The notes: generated from the letters alone by a model not told the origin. Numbered from the stretch's first letter, positions 1 through 10,047 are shown. The stretch: DNA of 64,000 bases from an uncultured Chitinophagaceae bacterium (GCA_903870685.1 CAIQDX010000013.1:1350-65349); one strand, 5' to 3'. Program-made: numbers and translations.

Positions 1-182
1 GTTGGAGAATCAAGACAACCCAATATATTCATCAAAGTACTTTTGCCGCTTCCCGATGGTCCCATCAAAGCAACATATTCGTTCTTGAAAATATCAAGTG
101 TAATTCCTTTTAATACAGGAATGGCTTGATTTCCCATGAAATAACTTTTTTGCAGGTCGTCTAATTTTATAATTGCATCCAT
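1..182 (-). CDS. ABC transporter ATP-binding protein, N-terminal ~60 aa only (gene runs off the left edge)
   Basis: Own translation from ATG at 182-180 on the minus strand: [60 protein letters not shown]. Walker [10 protein letters not shown]; LolD/MacB/FtsE-like N-terminus. Confidence 0.75.
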   Translation of the reverse strand, partial: MDAIIKLDDLQKSYFMGNQAIPVLKGITLDIFKNEYVALMGPSGSGKSTLMNILGCLDSP

Positions 183-218
183 CGATTAAGAATTAAATCT
201 TGAATTAAAATAGTTGGT

Positions 219-509
219 TTATTTTTTTATAACCGTTGGCACCTTAAAAAATTCTTCATCTTTCAATGGCGCATTTTTTAAAGCATCTTCACGGCTTATA
301 CTTCCTTTAATAACATCATCACGCAAAACGTTTTCGGTATCACTCATATGCAATAAAGGCTCAACACCTGTTGTATCAATTTCTTTTAATTGCTCAACAA
401 AGGCGATCATATTTTGAAGGTCTTTTTTGATGGAACCTTTTTCATCTTCATTAAAACGCAATCTGGCCAAATGCGCCAGATTATCAATTGTTGTATCAGT
501 AACTTGCAT
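219..509 (-). CDS. gatC: Asp/Glu-tRNA amidotransferase subunit C
   Basis: ORF 219..608 trimmed to the internal ATG at 509 (MQVTDTTIDNLAHLARLRFNEDEK...). About 96 aa, with a GatC-like sequence through ...EPLLHMSD...LRDD. Confidence 0.85.
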   Translation of the reverse strand: MQVTDTTIDNLAHLARLRFNEDEKGSIKKDLQNMIAFVEQLKEIDTTGVEPLLHMSDTENVLRDDVIKGSISREDALKNAPLKDEEFFKVPTVIKK

Positions 510-621
510 AATGACAAATGTAGCCGAAATGCCTGCATTTTTTTCAATGTTTTTGATGGATGTTAAGATTGCAAAAAAAAAATTATCTTTCCACTCGTCT
601 ATTTTCAATGATCATTTATTT

Positions 622-1053
622 ATGAGTAACCCAAACGAATATCGTTTCGCATTTACTTTAAAAGTATTAATTGCAGAGGATAATGAGATGAATAAACTGC
701 TTCTGTCAAGCGTTTTAAGCAATTGGGGGATCGAATTCAAGATGGCAACCAATGGTATTGAAGTAATTGATTTAATGCAGAACCATGATTTTGATTTGAT
801 ATTAATGGACATTCAAATGCCCGAAAAAGATGGTGTTGAAGCAACTGTTGAGATTCGCAAATTTTTGGATGAACGGAAAAAGAATATCCCGATAATTGCC
901 TTAACCGCCAATGCTGTCAAGGGCGAAGAGAAAAAATATTTTGAAGTTGGCATGAATGGTTTTCTTACCAAACCCTTTAATGAAAAAGATTTATTTGAAA
1001 TAGTGAATGAGGTTCTAAAAGCTCATAAATTAAAATTTCCGGATAGAAAATAA
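622..1053 (+). CDS. Stand-alone response regulator receiver domain
   Basis: Receiver motifs VLIAEDNEMN, DLILMDIQMPEKDG, ALTANA, FLTKPF. Start moved to ATG 622 because the upstream part of ORF 427..1053 is antisense to gatC. Confidence 0.85.
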   Translation: MSNPNEYRFAFTLKVLIAEDNEMNKLLLSSVLSNWGIEFKMATNGIEVIDLMQNHDFDLILMDIQMPEKDGVEATVEIRKFLDERKKNIPIIALTANAVKGEEKKYFEVGMNGFLTKPFNEKDLFEIVNEVLKAHKLKFPDRK

Positions 1054-1064
1054 ATATTGCAATT

Positions 1065-1418
1065 ATGCAAAGTTCATCAAAACTCTATGACCTTTCTTTG
1101 ATAGAAGAATTGCTGAATGGTAATAAAGATTCAATAAAAAAAATAATCGAAATTTTTGTTCAATCTACCCCTTTAACCGTTTCTGCAATGATGGAAGCTT
1201 GTAATGCAAAAGATTGGTCAAGAACCGGAAAAGAAGCGCACAGTTTAAAATCGACTATTGCCACGCTGAAAATGGATTCCATCCTTGCTGATATAAAAAA
1301 AATAGAAATCAACAGTAACACTGCAACTGATGTTGAAGAAATTCCAGTATTAGTTAATAAAGTTAAATCAATAATTGATGAAACGATTCTTCAATTAAAA
1401 CAGGATTTTAATTTCTAA
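1065..1418 (+). CDS. Hpt (histidine phosphotransfer) domain protein
   Basis: 117 aa helical protein with an HPt-type phospho-His context (EAHSLKSTIATLKM), directly downstream of the receiver gene. Confidence 0.7.
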   Translation: MQSSSKLYDLSLIEELLNGNKDSIKKIIEIFVQSTPLTVSAMMEACNAKDWSRTGKEAHSLKSTIATLKMDSILADIKKIEINSNTATDVEEIPVLVNKVKSIIDETILQLKQDFNF

Positions 1419-1967
1419 TTATTTCTTCTTCCTAATTGATTTATAAATTTTAATTCCGCTCATTAAAATAATGATGAAGGCAATTAAGCCAATCAATCCC
1501 CAAACAAAACTGATACTTTCTTTTACGGTTACTAAAAATACGATGGCGAATAAAAGTATCGTAGCTACTTCGTTCCAAACTCTTAATTGTTGCGAGGTAT
1601 ATTTATAAATTCCTTTTGCTTCCTGTAAATAAATTTTGTGCAATGTGAAATGATATGCATATAACAAAACAACAAAAATTAATTTAAGCAATAGCCATCT
1701 TCCTTCTGGTAAAAATAAAATTTGAAACCACGGACCGTTTAATAAAACCACAACACCAAATATTAAAGTTAGAATAGCTGATGGCCAAGTAATAATGTAC
1801 CACAAACGATTGGTCATAAGCAAAAGCTGATCTCGTAATATCTTTTTTTCAATTTCATTTTTTTCACCTGCTTCGGTTAGATAAATAAAAAACCGCGGCA
1901 TATAAAAAAGTCCGGCAAACCATGTTACCACAAAAATGATATGAATTGCTTTTAAATAGAGATACAT
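1419..1967 (-). CDS. hemJ: Protoporphyrinogen IX oxidase HemJ (UPF0093/CopD-like membrane protein)
   Basis: Small multi-TM protein with N-terminus MYLYLKAIHIIFVVTWFAGLFYMPRFFIY typical of HemJ; adjacent to hemH. Confidence 0.8.
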   Translation of the reverse strand: MYLYLKAIHIIFVVTWFAGLFYMPRFFIYLTEAGEKNEIEKKILRDQLLLMTNRLWYIITWPSAILTLIFGVVVLLNGPWFQILFLPEGRWLLLKLIFVVLLYAYHFTLHKIYLQEAKGIYKYTSQQLRVWNEVATILLFAIVFLVTVKESISFVWGLIGLIAFIIILMSGIKIYKSIRKKK

Positions 1968-1973
1968 TTTAAT

Positions 1974-2999
1974 TTATAATTTTTCGTTTATCAATTTAGT
2001 CATCGCATCAACCCACAAACTATTTGTATTTAAACAAGGGATCATGTTAAAACTTTCTCCTCCGGCATGTAAAAAAGTCTCTTTTCCACGTTCAGCAATT
2101 TCTTCCAATGTTTCTAAACAATCGCTCACAAATGCCGGGCAAAGTATCAATATTTTTTTTATGCCTTCTTTTGGTAATTCTTCCAAACGTATATCAGTAA
2201 AGGGTTGCAGCCATCCTTTACCAAGTCGTGATTGAAATGTAAGTGTATATTTATCGGAAGGAATATTTAATTTTTCGGTAACCAATTTTGTTGTTGCAAA
2301 CACTTGATGGCGATAACAAGTTTCATGTGCAGGCGATGCAACATTACAACAATCCATTACTTGCAAGCAATGACATTTTGTTGTATCGCTTTTACGAATA
2401 TGACGTTCGGGAATGCCGTGATAACTAAAAACAATTTTATCGTAATCCTGGTTCAAATAAGGTTGAATAGATGACGCCAATGCATTAATATAATTTGCAT
2501 CGTTATAAAAAGGTTGAACCGTTGTTAACTTAAAATTGTAATTATTTTTCTTATGAATTTCATAAGCATAATCAACTGCTGTTTCAAAACTACTCATGGC
2601 ATAATGCGGATACAAGGGAAACAAAATCACTTCTTCCAAATCCGGAACAGCTTTTAATAATTTTTCAAACCCTTCTGTAGGATTAGGATTTCCATACCGC
2701 ATAATTATTTCAACTGGCTCTTCAAATTTTTGTTGAACCGCTTTTTGTAATTCTTTGGTCAGCACAATTAATGGCGATCCGTCTTTTGTCCAAATTGTTT
2801 TATATGCTTCTGCCGATTTGGGTGCACGAAACGGAACAATAATTCCTCTTACTAATAATGCTCTTGCCAAAAAAGGAATGTCGATTACTTTTTCATCCAT
2901 CAAAAATTCATTCAAATAAATTCTAACGTCTTTAACTGAAGTTGAATTTGGAGAGCCTAAATTCATTAACAATATTCCTTTCTTAACTTTTTGTGGCAT
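1974..2999 (-). CDS. hemH: Ferrochelatase
   Basis: 341 aa with motifs GILLMNLGSP, FSYHGIPERH, ILCPAFVSDCLETLEEI. Confidence 0.9.
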   Translation of the reverse strand: MPQKVKKGILLMNLGSPNSTSVKDVRIYLNEFLMDEKVIDIPFLARALLVRGIIVPFRAPKSAEAYKTIWTKDGSPLIVLTKELQKAVQQKFEEPVEIIMRYGNPNPTEGFEKLLKAVPDLEEVILFPLYPHYAMSSFETAVDYAYEIHKKNNYNFKLTTVQPFYNDANYINALASSIQPYLNQDYDKIVFSYHGIPERHIRKSDTTKCHCLQVMDCCNVASPAHETCYRHQVFATTKLVTEKLNIPSDKYTLTFQSRLGKGWLQPFTDIRLEELPKEGIKKILILCPAFVSDCLETLEEIAERGKETFLHAGGESFNMIPCLNTNSLWVDAMTKLINEKL

Positions 3000-3098
3000 A
3001 GTGCTTGCTTAATTTGCAAATGTAATCAACAAGAGTGTTTTAAGAGATTTGATTGTCATAAAATTGTCGGAAAAAATAAATTTAATTTTTTATTAATT

Positions 3099-3171
3099 GA
3101 ATGATTGATAAAAAATAATCATTCGATTTTAAAGATGACAGATAAATGACACAGAAATGATGAATATCATC
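3099..3171. promoter_or_regulatory. Candidate operator cluster in the hemH/hemA divergent promoter region
   Basis: Inverted repeat GAATGATT-N10-AATCATTC (3099-3124), phased ATGACA/ATGACA/ATGATG at 3135, 3146 and 3157, and palindrome GATGA-ATA-TCATC (3159-3171). Confidence 0.4.
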
Positions 3172-3193
3172 TTTTTCTGGAATCTCTGAAAGA

Positions 3194-3201
3194 TACATTT
3201 G
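3194..3201 (+). promoter_or_regulatory. Candidate Bacteroidota -7 promoter box for hemA
   Basis: TACATTTG matches TAnnTTTG, 28 nt upstream of the hemA ATG; the -33 element is not clear. Confidence 0.35.
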
Positions 3202-3229
3202 CATAAGAATTTTGAAAAAGTAGAAAGCA

Positions 3230-4450
3230 ATGCACTTAAGTCAATTTTTCGTTATCGGAATCAACTACAAAAAAACTGATGCAACCATCAGAGGACAGTT
3301 TGCAGTTAATGCCGATCAATACAATTCAATTCTTCAAAAAGCAGATGCCATGGGCATCAACGAATTATTTGTTTTAAGTACTTGTAACCGCACAGAAGTT
3401 TATGCACTTGCATTCGATGCTGATGTTTTAATTAAATTGCTTTGCAGCGAAACAACCGGTTCGGCAAATACTTTTAAAAATTTGTGTTATATAAAACAAG
3501 GACAAGAAGCTATTGAACATATTTTTTCTGTGGGCGCAGGATTAGATTCACAAATTTTAGGCGATTATGAAATTGTTGGTCAAATGAAACTGGCAGTTAA
3601 ATTCTCAAGAGAGAAAGGTTTCATTGGCACATTTATAGAGAGATTGTTTAATACTGTTTTACAATCTTCAAAAGAAATAAAAAACAAAACTGCATTAAGC
3701 GGCGGAACAGTTTCTGTTTCATTTGCTGCCATCCAATTTTTAAAACAAAATATTTGTGATTTCTCTGATAAAAAAATTGTGTTGTTAGGCACAGGAAAAA
3801 TTGGGAAAAATACTTGCAAGAATTTAGTTGACTACTTACATACTACGAACATTACTTTAATTAATCGTACCGAAGAAAAAGCAATTGAATTAGCAACAGA
3901 ATTAAAATTGCAAACAGCATCGATGGATGAATTAGATAATCAAGTTGCAGCAGCCGATATCATTATCGTTGCAACAAATGCAGAAGAAGCTGTGATTAAA
4001 AAATCTTCACTCATCAACAGCAATCCAAAAATTTTAATTGATCTGTCTATTCCAAATAATATCGAAACTTCCGTTAAAGAATTAGATCATATTATTTTGG
4101 CAAATGTGGATGATCTTTCAAAAATTAATGACGCTACTTTACAAAAAAGAATTGATGAAGTGCCACAAGCAAAAGCAATTATTAAAAAATTCATGAATGA
4201 ATTTTACGAATGGAATTGTTTGCGCAAATATGCTCCTGTTTTAAGAGCATTGAAAGAAAAACTGCACGACATTCATACCTGCAATTTATTTTTATCAGCA
4301 TTTGAATATGATGAAATTCCTGAACCAAATTCAGAATTTATTCAAAAAGCTGTGAACAACATGGCCATTAAAATGCGCCGTCAGCATACCCCCGGCTGCA
4401 ATTATATTCAGGCTATAAATGATTACATTGCACAACCTGTGTTAGCTTAA
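3230..4450 (+). CDS. hemA: Glutamyl-tRNA reductase
   Basis: Catalytic-Cys motif VLSTCNRTEVY, Rossmann motif VLLGTGKIGK, 406 aa. Confidence 0.9.
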   Translation: MHLSQFFVIGINYKKTDATIRGQFAVNADQYNSILQKADAMGINELFVLSTCNRTEVYALAFDADVLIKLLCSETTGSANTFKNLCYIKQGQEAIEHIFSVGAGLDSQILGDYEIVGQMKLAVKFSREKGFIGTFIERLFNTVLQSSKEIKNKTALSGGTVSVSFAAIQFLKQNICDFSDKKIVLLGTGKIGKNTCKNLVDYLHTTNITLINRTEEKAIELATELKLQTASMDELDNQVAAADIIIVATNAEEAVIKKSSLINSNPKILIDLSIPNNIETSVKELDHIILANVDDLSKINDATLQKRIDEVPQAKAIIKKFMNEFYEWNCLRKYAPVLRALKEKLHDIHTCNLFLSAFEYDEIPEPNSEFIQKAVNNMAIKMRRQHTPGCNYIQAINDYIAQPVLA

Positions 4451-4459
4451 TCAGATTTC

Positions 4460-5488
4460 ATGAAAAAAATTTTACGCATCGGTACACGAGACAGTCAATT
4501 AGCTGTTTGGCAAGCAACATTTGTAAAAAATGAATTAGCTAAACACGGAATTGTATCTGAATTAGTTTTAATTAAAAGTGATGGCGATATTGATCTTGTT
4601 ACCCCATTGTACGAAATTGGTGTGCAAGGTGTATTTACAAAAACTTTAGATGCAGCATTATTAAGTAATAAGATTGATATTGCAGTTCACTCGATGAAAG
4701 ATGTGCCTACCCAATTAGCACAAGGCATTCAGCAGGCTGCTGTTTTAAAAAGAGCGAATTTTAAAGATATTTTAGTATTGCATCCGGATATTGATAAAAG
4801 AAATAATCGTTTTGGAATAAGGTTCATTGAAGATATAACCATTGGAAGCAAAACGATAAAAGAAAATGATTGGACTATTAGACTTCGTGAAGATATTTCT
4901 AATCCTGGTAAGCCTGAAAAAATATGTATTGCTACAAGTTCAGTACGCAGAATTGCTCAATGGAAAAATCGTTTCCCCAATAGTATAATAGAAAATTTAC
5001 GTGGCAATGTAAATACGCGATTAAAAAAATTAAAAGAAAGCGAATGGCATGGAGCTATTTTTGCAGCTGCAGGTTTAGAGAGAATAAATCTTCGTCCCGA
5101 AAATTCTATTGAACTGGATTGGATGTTACCTGCGCCTGCGCAAGGTGCCATCATGATTGTTTGTAGAGAAAATGATATTGACTCAAAAAATAAAACTGTT
5201 TTATTGAATGATGAAACAACAGCAATCTGTACTAAACTTGAAAGAGATTTTCTAAGAACATTAATGGGCGGATGCTCAACACCAATAAGTGCTTTGGCTG
5301 AAATAAAAAAAGGCAAAGTAAACTTTAAGTGTAATATTCTTTCTTTGGATGGAAAAGAAAAAGCTGAAACTTCTTTTGGTGGTTACTTAATTAATAACGC
5401 ACTTGATTTAGGTGTAACTGCTGCAAATTATATCTTGGAAAATGGCGGCAGAAAAATTGCAAAAAAAATTCGCAATGGCGGAATATAA
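4460..5488 (+). CDS. hemC: Hydroxymethylbilane synthase (porphobilinogen deaminase), with an internal ~35-aa insertion
   Basis: RIGTRDSQLAVWQA, AVHSMKDVP, SSVRR, NLRGNVNTRL, cofactor-Cys context LMGGCSTPI. Confidence 0.9.
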   Translation: MKKILRIGTRDSQLAVWQATFVKNELAKHGIVSELVLIKSDGDIDLVTPLYEIGVQGVFTKTLDAALLSNKIDIAVHSMKDVPTQLAQGIQQAAVLKRANFKDILVLHPDIDKRNNRFGIRFIEDITIGSKTIKENDWTIRLREDISNPGKPEKICIATSSVRRIAQWKNRFPNSIIENLRGNVNTRLKKLKESEWHGAIFAAAGLERINLRPENSIELDWMLPAPAQGAIMIVCRENDIDSKNKTVLLNDETTAICTKLERDFLRTLMGGCSTPISALAEIKKGKVNFKCNILSLDGKEKAETSFGGYLINNALDLGVTAANYILENGGRKIAKKIRNGGI

Positions 5489-6191
5489 ATTTCAAATATT
5501 ATGCACCAAGTTGCTTGATGAAACAACCATTCACAAAGCAGCAGATCAATCAATAAATATTGACATAATTTCTTTTATTGAAATTGAAAATATTAATTCG
5601 CAAGAACTCATTCAACAAATACAATCACTTCAATCAAAAAAAATAACCGCTGTTTTTACCAGCGTTAATTCAGTTGAATCTGTTGCAAAACATCTTACCG
5701 TAAAACCCGATTGGAAAATATTTTCGATTGGTGGTGCCACCAAAGAAATGGTATTGAAATTTTTTGAAGAGAAATCTATTTTAGCAACTGCAAAAAATGC
5801 AACCGCATTATGCGAAAAAATTATTGCCAATAAATCAATCAAAGAACTAACATTTTTTTGTGGTGATCAACGTTTAAACGAATTACCCGAAACATTATTC
5901 ACTCATGGAATTAATGTAGAAGAATTAGTTGTTTATAAAAATATTTTACGACCAACAACGATAGAAAAAAATTATGACGCTGTTGTTTTTTTTAGTCCGA
6001 GTGCAGTAAATAGTTTTTTTACTTTAAACACTTTGCCCATTAATACTGTTATTTTTTCTATCGGAAAAACAACAACTGCAACCATTCAATCTTATTGCAG
6101 CAATATGATCATTACGAGTGAATGGCCCGGTAAAGAACAAATGATCGAAAGAGTAATTGGTTATTTTAATCCAAATAAAATATCAGCATGA
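5475..6191 (+). CDS. hemD: Uroporphyrinogen-III synthase
   Basis: Position between hemC and hemE, about 238 aa, two-lobed HemD-like sequence (VFTSVNSV..., [11 protein letters not shown]). Start set to ATG 5475, which overlaps the hemC end by 14 nt; the ORF track start of 5442 is also possible. Confidence 0.7.
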   Translation: MAEYKFQILCTKLLDETTIHKAADQSINIDIISFIEIENINSQELIQQIQSLQSKKITAVFTSVNSVESVAKHLTVKPDWKIFSIGGATKEMVLKFFEEKSILATAKNATALCEKIIANKSIKELTFFCGDQRLNELPETLFTHGINVEELVVYKNILRPTTIEKNYDAVVFFSPSAVNSFFTLNTLPINTVIFSIGKTTTATIQSYCSNMIITSEWPGKEQMIERVIGYFNPNKISA

Positions 6192-7225
6192 GTATTATAA
6201 AAAATGATTTGTTATTAAGAACATTGCGTGGCGAAGAAACAGAACGAACACCGGTTTGGATGATGCGTCAGGCAGGAAGATATTTGCCTGAATATTTAGT
6301 GTTGAGAAAACAATATGATTTTTTCACTCGTTGTCAAACGCCTGAATTAGCTGCTGCCATTACATTACAGCCAGTTGATATTGTTGGTGTGGATGCTGCG
6401 ATTTTATTTTCGGATATTTTAGTGGTACCGCAAGCAATGGGATTAGAAGTACAATTAATTGAAAGTAAAGGACCGATTTTACCCGATCCAATTAAAACAA
6501 TAAAAGACTTAATTCGTGTTCGTGTTCCAAATGTTGATGATACATTGGGGTATGTTTTTGATGCGATAAAATTAATTAAACAAGAATTAAATGGTCGTGT
6601 TCCATTGATTGGTTTTGCAGGAGCACCATGGACAATTTTATGTTACATGGTTCAGGGAAAAGGTTCTAAAACTTTTGATGAAGCAAAAGCATTTTGTTAC
6701 ATGCAACCTGAATTGGCACATCAGTTATTGCAAATGATAACTGATACAACCATTGCCTATTTAAAAGGACAAGTAGCTGCGGGTGCTGATACAGTTCAAA
6801 TATTTGATAGCTGGGGTGGGTTATTAGGACCGGATGATTTTGAAAATCTTTCTTTGCAATATATCCGTCAAATCGTTACAGCAGTAAAAGATGATGCACC
6901 TGTAATTATTTTTGCAAAAGGTGCATGGCATAGTTTAGATGCGATGGCAGCAACAGGTGCAGCAGGTTTGGGAATTGATTGGTGCATAAAACCTCAAATA
7001 GCAAGACAATTGTCAGGAAATAATATCACACTTCAAGGTAATTTTGATCCGGCGAAATTGTTGTCGCCAATTCCTGTAATTAAAAAAGAAGTAAAACAAA
7101 TGTTGCATGCTTTTGGAAAAGGACATCATATTGCGAACTTAGGTCATGGTATTTTACCAAATGTTCCTGTTGATCATGCAAGAGCATTTGTTGATACAGT
7201 GAAAGAATTTAAATGGAATGATTAA
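6188..7225 (+). CDS. hemE: Uroporphyrinogen decarboxylase
   Basis: [15 protein letters not shown] and FDSWGG motifs; ATGA overlap with the hemD stop. Confidence 0.95.
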   Translation: MSIIKNDLLLRTLRGEETERTPVWMMRQAGRYLPEYLVLRKQYDFFTRCQTPELAAAITLQPVDIVGVDAAILFSDILVVPQAMGLEVQLIESKGPILPDPIKTIKDLIRVRVPNVDDTLGYVFDAIKLIKQELNGRVPLIGFAGAPWTILCYMVQGKGSKTFDEAKAFCYMQPELAHQLLQMITDTTIAYLKGQVAAGADTVQIFDSWGGLLGPDDFENLSLQYIRQIVTAVKDDAPVIIFAKGAWHSLDAMAATGAAGLGIDWCIKPQIARQLSGNNITLQGNFDPAKLLSPIPVIKKEVKQMLHAFGKGHHIANLGHGILPNVPVDHARAFVDTVKEFKWND

Positions 7226-7243
7226 TTAGATGAAGAGCGATAA

Positions 7244-7306
7244 GAACGTTGAAGAGTGCGACGCAACAAAAGCTAAATAGAATTTCAAAAGTTGGTAACA
7301 AAAAAA
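7244..7306 (+). repeat. Intergenic repeat copy 1 (ACGTTGAAG-type 5' box)
   Basis: GAACGTTGAAGAGTGCGACGCAAC-27 nt-GTAACAAAAAAA; lies between the hemE stop and the hemB ATG. Confidence 0.9.
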
Positions 7307-7313
7307 TATTAAA

Positions 7314-8288
7314 ATGCATTTACAAAGAAGAAATAGAATATTGCGTGCAACACCTGCAATTAGAAGTATGGTTGCAGAAAGTTCTTTATCGCCAAACGAT
7401 TTTATTGCACCATTATTTATTGATGAAGGAAGTAATTTGGCATACGAAATTCCATCGATGCCAAATTATTTTCGTTACTCGATTGATCTTACTATTCAAG
7501 AAGTAAAACTCTTGTGGAGTTTAGGAATTAAATCTGTTTTATTATTTGTAAAAGCAAAAGACGAAACAAAAGATAACATCGGAAAAGAAGCATGGAACCC
7601 CGATGGTTTAATGCAACGTGCCATTAAAGCAATAAAAGATGCAGTGCCTGAAATGCTTGTTATGACTGATGTTGCGCTGGATCCTTATTCAATTTATGGT
7701 CATGATGGAATTGTAAAAGATGGCGAAATTGTAAATGATGAAACTGTTGATGCTTTGGTACAAATGAGTTTAAGTCATGCACAAGCCGGAGCCGATTTTG
7801 TTGCGCCAAGCGATATGATGGATGGACGAATTGGTGCTATTCGTGAAGCATTAGAACATGAAGGTTTTACTAAAACAGGCATCATGAGTTACAGTGCAAA
7901 ATATGCATCATGTTTTTATGGACCATTCCGCGATGCATTGGATAGTGCACCTGGATTTGGTGATAAGAAAACATATCAAATGGATTATTCAAATCGCAAA
8001 GAAGCGATAAGAGAAACACTGATGGATATTGCTGAAGGTGCAGATATTGTAATGATAAAACCTGCAATGGCTTATTTAGATATTATTCGCGAAATAAAAA
8101 ATACAGTTGATGTTCCGGTAAGTGCTTATCATGTTAGTGGTGAATATGCCATGATTAAAGCTGCTGCAAAAATGGGTTGGCTAAATGAAGAAAAAGCTAT
8201 TCTCGAAAGTTTGGGTTCTATCAAACGTGCCGGTGCTGATTTAATTGCAACTTATTTTGCGAAGGATGCAGTAAAATTAATTTCTTAA
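7314..8288 (+). CDS. hemB: Porphobilinogen synthase (delta-aminolevulinate dehydratase)
   Basis: 324 aa with active-site lysine contexts MSYSAKYAS and VMIKPA, plus ALDPYS..GHDG. Confidence 0.95.
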   Translation: MHLQRRNRILRATPAIRSMVAESSLSPNDFIAPLFIDEGSNLAYEIPSMPNYFRYSIDLTIQEVKLLWSLGIKSVLLFVKAKDETKDNIGKEAWNPDGLMQRAIKAIKDAVPEMLVMTDVALDPYSIYGHDGIVKDGEIVNDETVDALVQMSLSHAQAGADFVAPSDMMDGRIGAIREALEHEGFTKTGIMSYSAKYASCFYGPFRDALDSAPGFGDKKTYQMDYSNRKEAIRETLMDIAEGADIVMIKPAMAYLDIIREIKNTVDVPVSAYHVSGEYAMIKAAAKMGWLNEEKAILESLGSIKRAGADLIATYFAKDAVKLIS

Positions 8289-8304
8289 CCCTTAATAGTT
8301 TTTT

Positions 8305-8610
8305 ATGTATATCATCGAATCAACTTACAAAGTATCAGCAAAAGAAATAGATAAAAATTTAGATGCGCACATGGAATACATTGAAAAATATTCCAACACT
8401 GGTCATTTTTTAGCATCTGGTCGTAAAGTGCCACGCGATGGTGGAATTATTTTAGCAAAGGCCGCCACAAGAAAAAGAATTGAAGATATTGTTTCGAAAG
8501 ATCCTTTAAACATTGCAGGTTTAGCCGAATATCGTATCATCGATTTTAAAGCAACTAAAAATACCAAAGAGTATAAAACATTTATTGGTGAAGACGAATA
8601 TGTTGGTTAA
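8305..8610 (+). CDS. YciI-like family protein
   Basis: 101 aa with a typical YciI pattern (LDAHMEYI...GHFLASGR...GGIILAKA...DPL). Confidence 0.65.
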   Translation: MYIIESTYKVSAKEIDKNLDAHMEYIEKYSNTGHFLASGRKVPRDGGIILAKAATRKRIEDIVSKDPLNIAGLAEYRIIDFKATKNTKEYKTFIGEDEYVG

Positions 8611-8670
8611 TTTTTTTATTGACTAAGCTGCAAATCCTTGTTGGGCTTGAGTTGCGTCGCACTCTTGTAC
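8611..8670 (-). repeat. Intergenic repeat copy 2
   Basis: Plus strand reads TTTTTTTATTGAC...GTTGCGTCGCACTCTTGTAC, starting directly after the YciI-like stop codon. Confidence 0.9.
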
Positions 8671-8698
8671 GGTTTGTTATCAATGAGCAATAATTAAT

Positions 8699-10021
8699 TT
8701 ATCTTCTCATCCCGGGAAACTTACCACCCATGGGCATTTTATTCATCATGCCCATCATTTTTTTCATTTGTTCAAACTGTTTCATAAAAGCATTTACATC
8801 ATTCATATCTTTTCCGCAACCTTTTGCAATACGTAATTTTCTTTTTGCATCAATTAAATCAGGATTACTTCTTTCCTCGGGTGTCATGCTGTGAATGATA
8901 GCTTCAACACCTTTAAACGCGTCATCTTTTATATCAACATCTTTCATTGCTTTACCAACACCCGGAATCATTCCCATCAAATCTTTTAAGTTACCCATCT
9001 TTTTTATTTGTTGCAACTGTTCTAAAAAATCTTGAAAGTCAAATTGATTTTTTTTGATCTTCTTTTCTAATCTTTTTGCTTGCTCTTCATCAAATTGATC
9101 TTGTGCTTTTTCAACTAATGAAGCAATATCACCCATTCCTAAAATTCGTTGCGCCATACGATCGGGATAAAACACATCAAGTGTATCCATCTTCTCGCCG
9201 CTGCTCATGAATTTTATTGGCTTATCAACTGTGTATTTTATGGAGAGCGCAGCACCACCACGAGTATCACCATCCAACTTTGTAAGAACAACTCCTGTAA
9301 AATCTAATTTATCATTAAATGCTTTTGCAGTGTTCACGGCATCTTGTCCGGTCATCGCATCAACCACAAATAAAATTTCTGTAGGATTCACTGCCAGCTT
9401 TATGTTCGACACTTCGGTCATCATCACTTCATCAATCGCCAAACGGCCCGCAGTATCAATAATTACAACATTTTTATTTTTTGATTTTGCTTCTTTAATG
9501 GCATTTTGAACAATCTCAACAGCATTTTTATTTTCTCTTTCGGCATAAATATCAACACCAATTTGTTCGGCTAAAACAGTTAACTGATCTATCGCTGCCG
9601 GACGATAAATATCAGCAGCAACAACCAATGGTGATTTTCCTTTTTTTGTTTTTAAATAATTGGCAAGCTTACCTGTAAAAGTTGTTTTACCACTACCTTG
9701 TAATCCTGCAATTAATATTACTGCGGGGTTTCCGGTGATATTAAATTCTGATGCAGTGCCGCCCATTAAATCAGTTAATTCATCCTGAACAATTTTTACC
9801 ATTAATTGTCCGGGGCTGATTGCATTCAAAACTTTTTCGCCGGTAGCTTTTTCTTTTACTTTATCAGTAAACTCTTTGGCGATCTTAAAATTTACATCGG
9901 CATCAATCAATGCACGACGAATATCTTTTACAGTATTCGCAATATTGAGATCGTTAATGCGTGCTTCGCCTTTAAGGTTCTTAAACGCGGATTCTAATTT
10001 TTCGCTGAGTGAATTAAACAT
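8699..10021 (-). CDS. ffh: Signal recognition particle protein Ffh
   Basis: G-domain motifs GLQGSGKTT, DTAGR, TKLDGD, plus a Met-rich C-terminal M domain. Confidence 0.95.
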   Translation of the reverse strand: MFNSLSEKLESAFKNLKGEARINDLNIANTVKDIRRALIDADVNFKIAKEFTDKVKEKATGEKVLNAISPGQLMVKIVQDELTDLMGGTASEFNITGNPAVILIAGLQGSGKTTFTGKLANYLKTKKGKSPLVVAADIYRPAAIDQLTVLAEQIGVDIYAERENKNAVEIVQNAIKEAKSKNKNVVIIDTAGRLAIDEVMMTEVSNIKLAVNPTEILFVVDAMTGQDAVNTAKAFNDKLDFTGVVLTKLDGDTRGGAALSIKYTVDKPIKFMSSGEKMDTLDVFYPDRMAQRILGMGDIASLVEKAQDQFDEEQAKRLEKKIKKNQFDFQDFLEQLQQIKKMGNLKDLMGMIPGVGKAMKDVDIKDDAFKGVEAIIHSMTPEERSNPDLIDAKRKLRIAKGCGKDMNDVNAFMKQFEQMKKMMGMMNKMPMGGKFPGMRR

Positions 10022-10047
10022 GGTTCTCTATTTTCAATCTTTCACAA

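Noticed and set aside
7249-7506. 85-aa ORF in the track starting inside repeat copy 1 and overlapping hemB
   Set aside because: It starts within the intergenic repeat, overlaps the well-supported hemB frame and has no recognisable motifs. It is a spurious ORF. The same applies to 28979..29167, which is read through repeat copy 6b.
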